Assembly (NCBI GenBank): GCA_051362555.1
Contig: CM120649.1
Span: 16,940,567 to 17,004,566, forward strand
Source: Lingula anatina
Taxonomy: Eukaryota; Animalia; Brachiopoda
Direction: 5' to 3'
DNA length: 64,000 bases
Position numbers and translations under genes: made by a program
The notes under the pieces: model-generated
What the model was told of the DNA's origin: nothing
Seen by the model: the letters and a program-made list of their open reading frames with translations, nothing else
Database searches by the model: none
Shown: piece after piece, positions 61,513 through 64,000 of the stretch
Numbering within the stretch: the stretch's first letter is position 1
Layout: every line of letters begins with the position of its first letter

Positions 61513-64000
61513 TTGCCAAAATAGCACATTTACTATCTCTCCCAATTAAAGAACCTCCAACTAATTCCACACATTCTCTGCTGCCTCTTCCAGGGATACC
61601 CACAATGCATGTCTAATTGAATGTGAAGTGTTCTGCAGCACAAGTGGTGTTCTCCCATCAAAAGGTGTTCAAAGCCCCACAGGCTGAGAGATAAAGGTGC
61701 ACTCTGTCCCTGCAGAGTATTTGCCTGGAAGTATCTTGCTAAAATAAACACAAGCCATTGGATGTCTGCTTGAATCCTCATGTACATGTCTGGAAACTTT
61801 ACAATTATCTTTTCATATCTTTAAAAAATTGCACATTTACATTTTTTTTTCGTATTTCAGTTATTATGTAAAGCCATTTGTTTTGTCAGTTTATATATAT
61901 TCAAGTATGAGTATGCATGCATGTCTTTCCATTTGTTTCTAATAATAAGAAAATTATCACATTTTCCCCTGTATGAAACTTAATGCATGGTTCTTCCAGA
62001 AACTAACATGGAATCTCTCAGGCCTAAGACTGGCTTTTGTTCTAGAAACTGGCACAGAAAAATCATATTACCAAAACCGGATAAAGACTTTTAGCAAAAG
62101 TCATCATTTACAATAATGTCTGAGAACCCCAGCAGATTACGTAGCAGGGAATAAATAAACTTAAATGTCACTTTTATTCCACACTTAAGTATATTTTTCT
62201 TAACCACATGGTTAAAGGCTAAACCCTTTTTCTCCCAAATCTGCTTACGGTAATAACTCACCAATTTGAAACACCACACTTATTCTGATAAACATCATTA
62301 TTTCAAGATTTATAATGCATCCACTCTTACTCACGAAAATATTCTGACTCAAAATGGACCCACTAATGAGAATTTCAATTATGAAATATTAGGGAATAAT
62401 AAAAATCAGAATAAAGTTTAAGGAGAAATAATCAAAACATTAGGTTAAAATTTAGTGGGACACCTACCCTAAGCAACTCTGAACTCATTTGAGACAAATG
62501 CTCTGACTCACTAAGCTTTATTTAACTTTCAGAAAGTGCACTTTTTCTTATAATTGCAATTCACAACATAATTACTGAATATATATATCATAATACACTC
62601 TAGCCTGAAATATCATACTAACAATAAATATCTGATTTCAGTGAAATCCCCTGCACACTATTCAAGGATATTGCGAGTCCAAAGAATATCTGATGATTGA
62701 TATTAGAGTAGGGCATTTAATTTCAGGTAATGCAATAGATAAAATAGGCTTTTTAAATTATGATAGGAAGCACAACTTAGAGCTACAATGAATTAAGATT
62801 AAATATATCTGATTAAGTACTAAAAATGAAATGATATGAAAATTAAATTTTTGAAAGCTCTCAGTATTTGAATTACAGTTAAATTTGAGATAGTGTTTGA
62901 ACAACACCCCCCCCCCCCCCCCCAAGTCATCCCTTTCCCAACACTACTCCCTAAATTTAGAAACTTGTCTGGCTGGCTGGCCTGCTTGGCCATTTGTTGA
63001 ACTGTGATTTCAGTTGCAAACGGAAGCCAACCAAAACCAAACTACCCATACCATCAGATCTGCACAGGAGGATGAAATTGAATTAATAGGAGAAGGCTGT
63101 ACAAATGCCTTCTATGCTTTTTTTTCAGGAAATATAGACCAAATCTCTCAGTGTTTTTATACCATTGCTGTCTAGACCCTGATTCATACCATATGTAACT
63201 TCAGGTCAGATATATATGCAATTAGGCAAATTCACACAAAGTGAACCTGACCCTGAACTGGACTGGTGCAGATATTCATTCATAAGAAAAGACTTGACTG
63301 CATTACCTCAAGCATAAACCACAACATTAACAGCTTACAGTATACATTATTTTAATGAAGGAGAGAGTTGAACTGGAAGCATCAGGGAAGAGTTCCAGTA
63401 ATGCTGCACTTCCTTCCAAATAAAGGAAATACTGAAATTTGCATATGTACTCTCTGCAAGAGGTGATACAATCAACTTTTCACCTTCTACTAGAGGTAGT
63501 TCAGTCATCCTTCAAACAACATATTTCAGCTAAATGTGATGTAAAATATCAATGCCAGTGCTTACAAAAGCATTTTTAGCAATTCAAACCCCTAAAAGCT
63601 GAAACCCTTGTAACTCTTGGACTTGTGTGAACTTTCTATGTTAGTCAGCACTAATGAGAGCCACTGTGAAATAACCCGGCCAGTTTATGTGAACTATTAA
63701 CAGTTAACTGCCTACGCTATCAACTGGCTTGTAAAAAGACATTGAAACTGAGTGACGATTGGAAAAAAATAAGAATTGTGAAATGGAAGAAAAAAGAAAA
63801 TTGAGAAATTAGGAAGAAACACGATAGTCAATCCAAATTGGAAGACACAGTTAGAATGAGAAAAATTGCTGGGTGCTGACTCCTAACATATAATTTTTAC
63901 ATAAGCACCAATCTTTTTTTTTTTTTTCAATGACAACAGCAATACGATTGTTCAGGACCATCTATTCTGTTTCCATGTTTTCACTTTGAAAAAGAGCAAA

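Noticed and set aside
58264-64000. Further collagen 5' exons or the head-to-head COL4A1 partner
   Set aside because: No Gly-X-Y or signal-peptide exon was recognisable; this appears to be a long intron, with the remaining exons outside the window.

Overview
AT-rich, intron-containing metazoan (invertebrate-like) genomic DNA; the species cannot be determined from the sequence alone. (1) 1-22.2 kb, + strand: a tandem array of four paralogous genes that the ORF track only shows in pieces. Each has a non-coding first exon and four coding exons joined by phase-2 introns. Spliced by hand, each encodes a signal peptide, an acidic pro-region, a (R)xKR cleavage site and a 105-aa mature domain with 9 Cys and about 19% Trp. 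The Cys/Pro/Trp/Asn spacing matches the Spaetzle/neurotrophin-type cystine knot. Copy 4 has a nonsense codon. The spacers contain relics of the neighbouring ATG3 3' end. (2) 23.3-34.0 kb, - strand: a complete 9-exon ATG3 gene. Intron 2 carries a young Gypsy LTR retrotransposon (identical LTRs, 5-bp TSD) and intron 8 carries a truncated DNA transposon. (3) 36.9-58.3 kb, - strand: 35 phase-consistent exons of a type IV collagen alpha2-like gene whose 5' end lies beyond the window. Several MITEs, a Helentron-like element, a CACTA-like element, transposon footprints and tandem duplications of splice-donor regions are also present. The most interesting candidate is the Trp-rich cystine-knot precursor family, which has one hypervariable loop.
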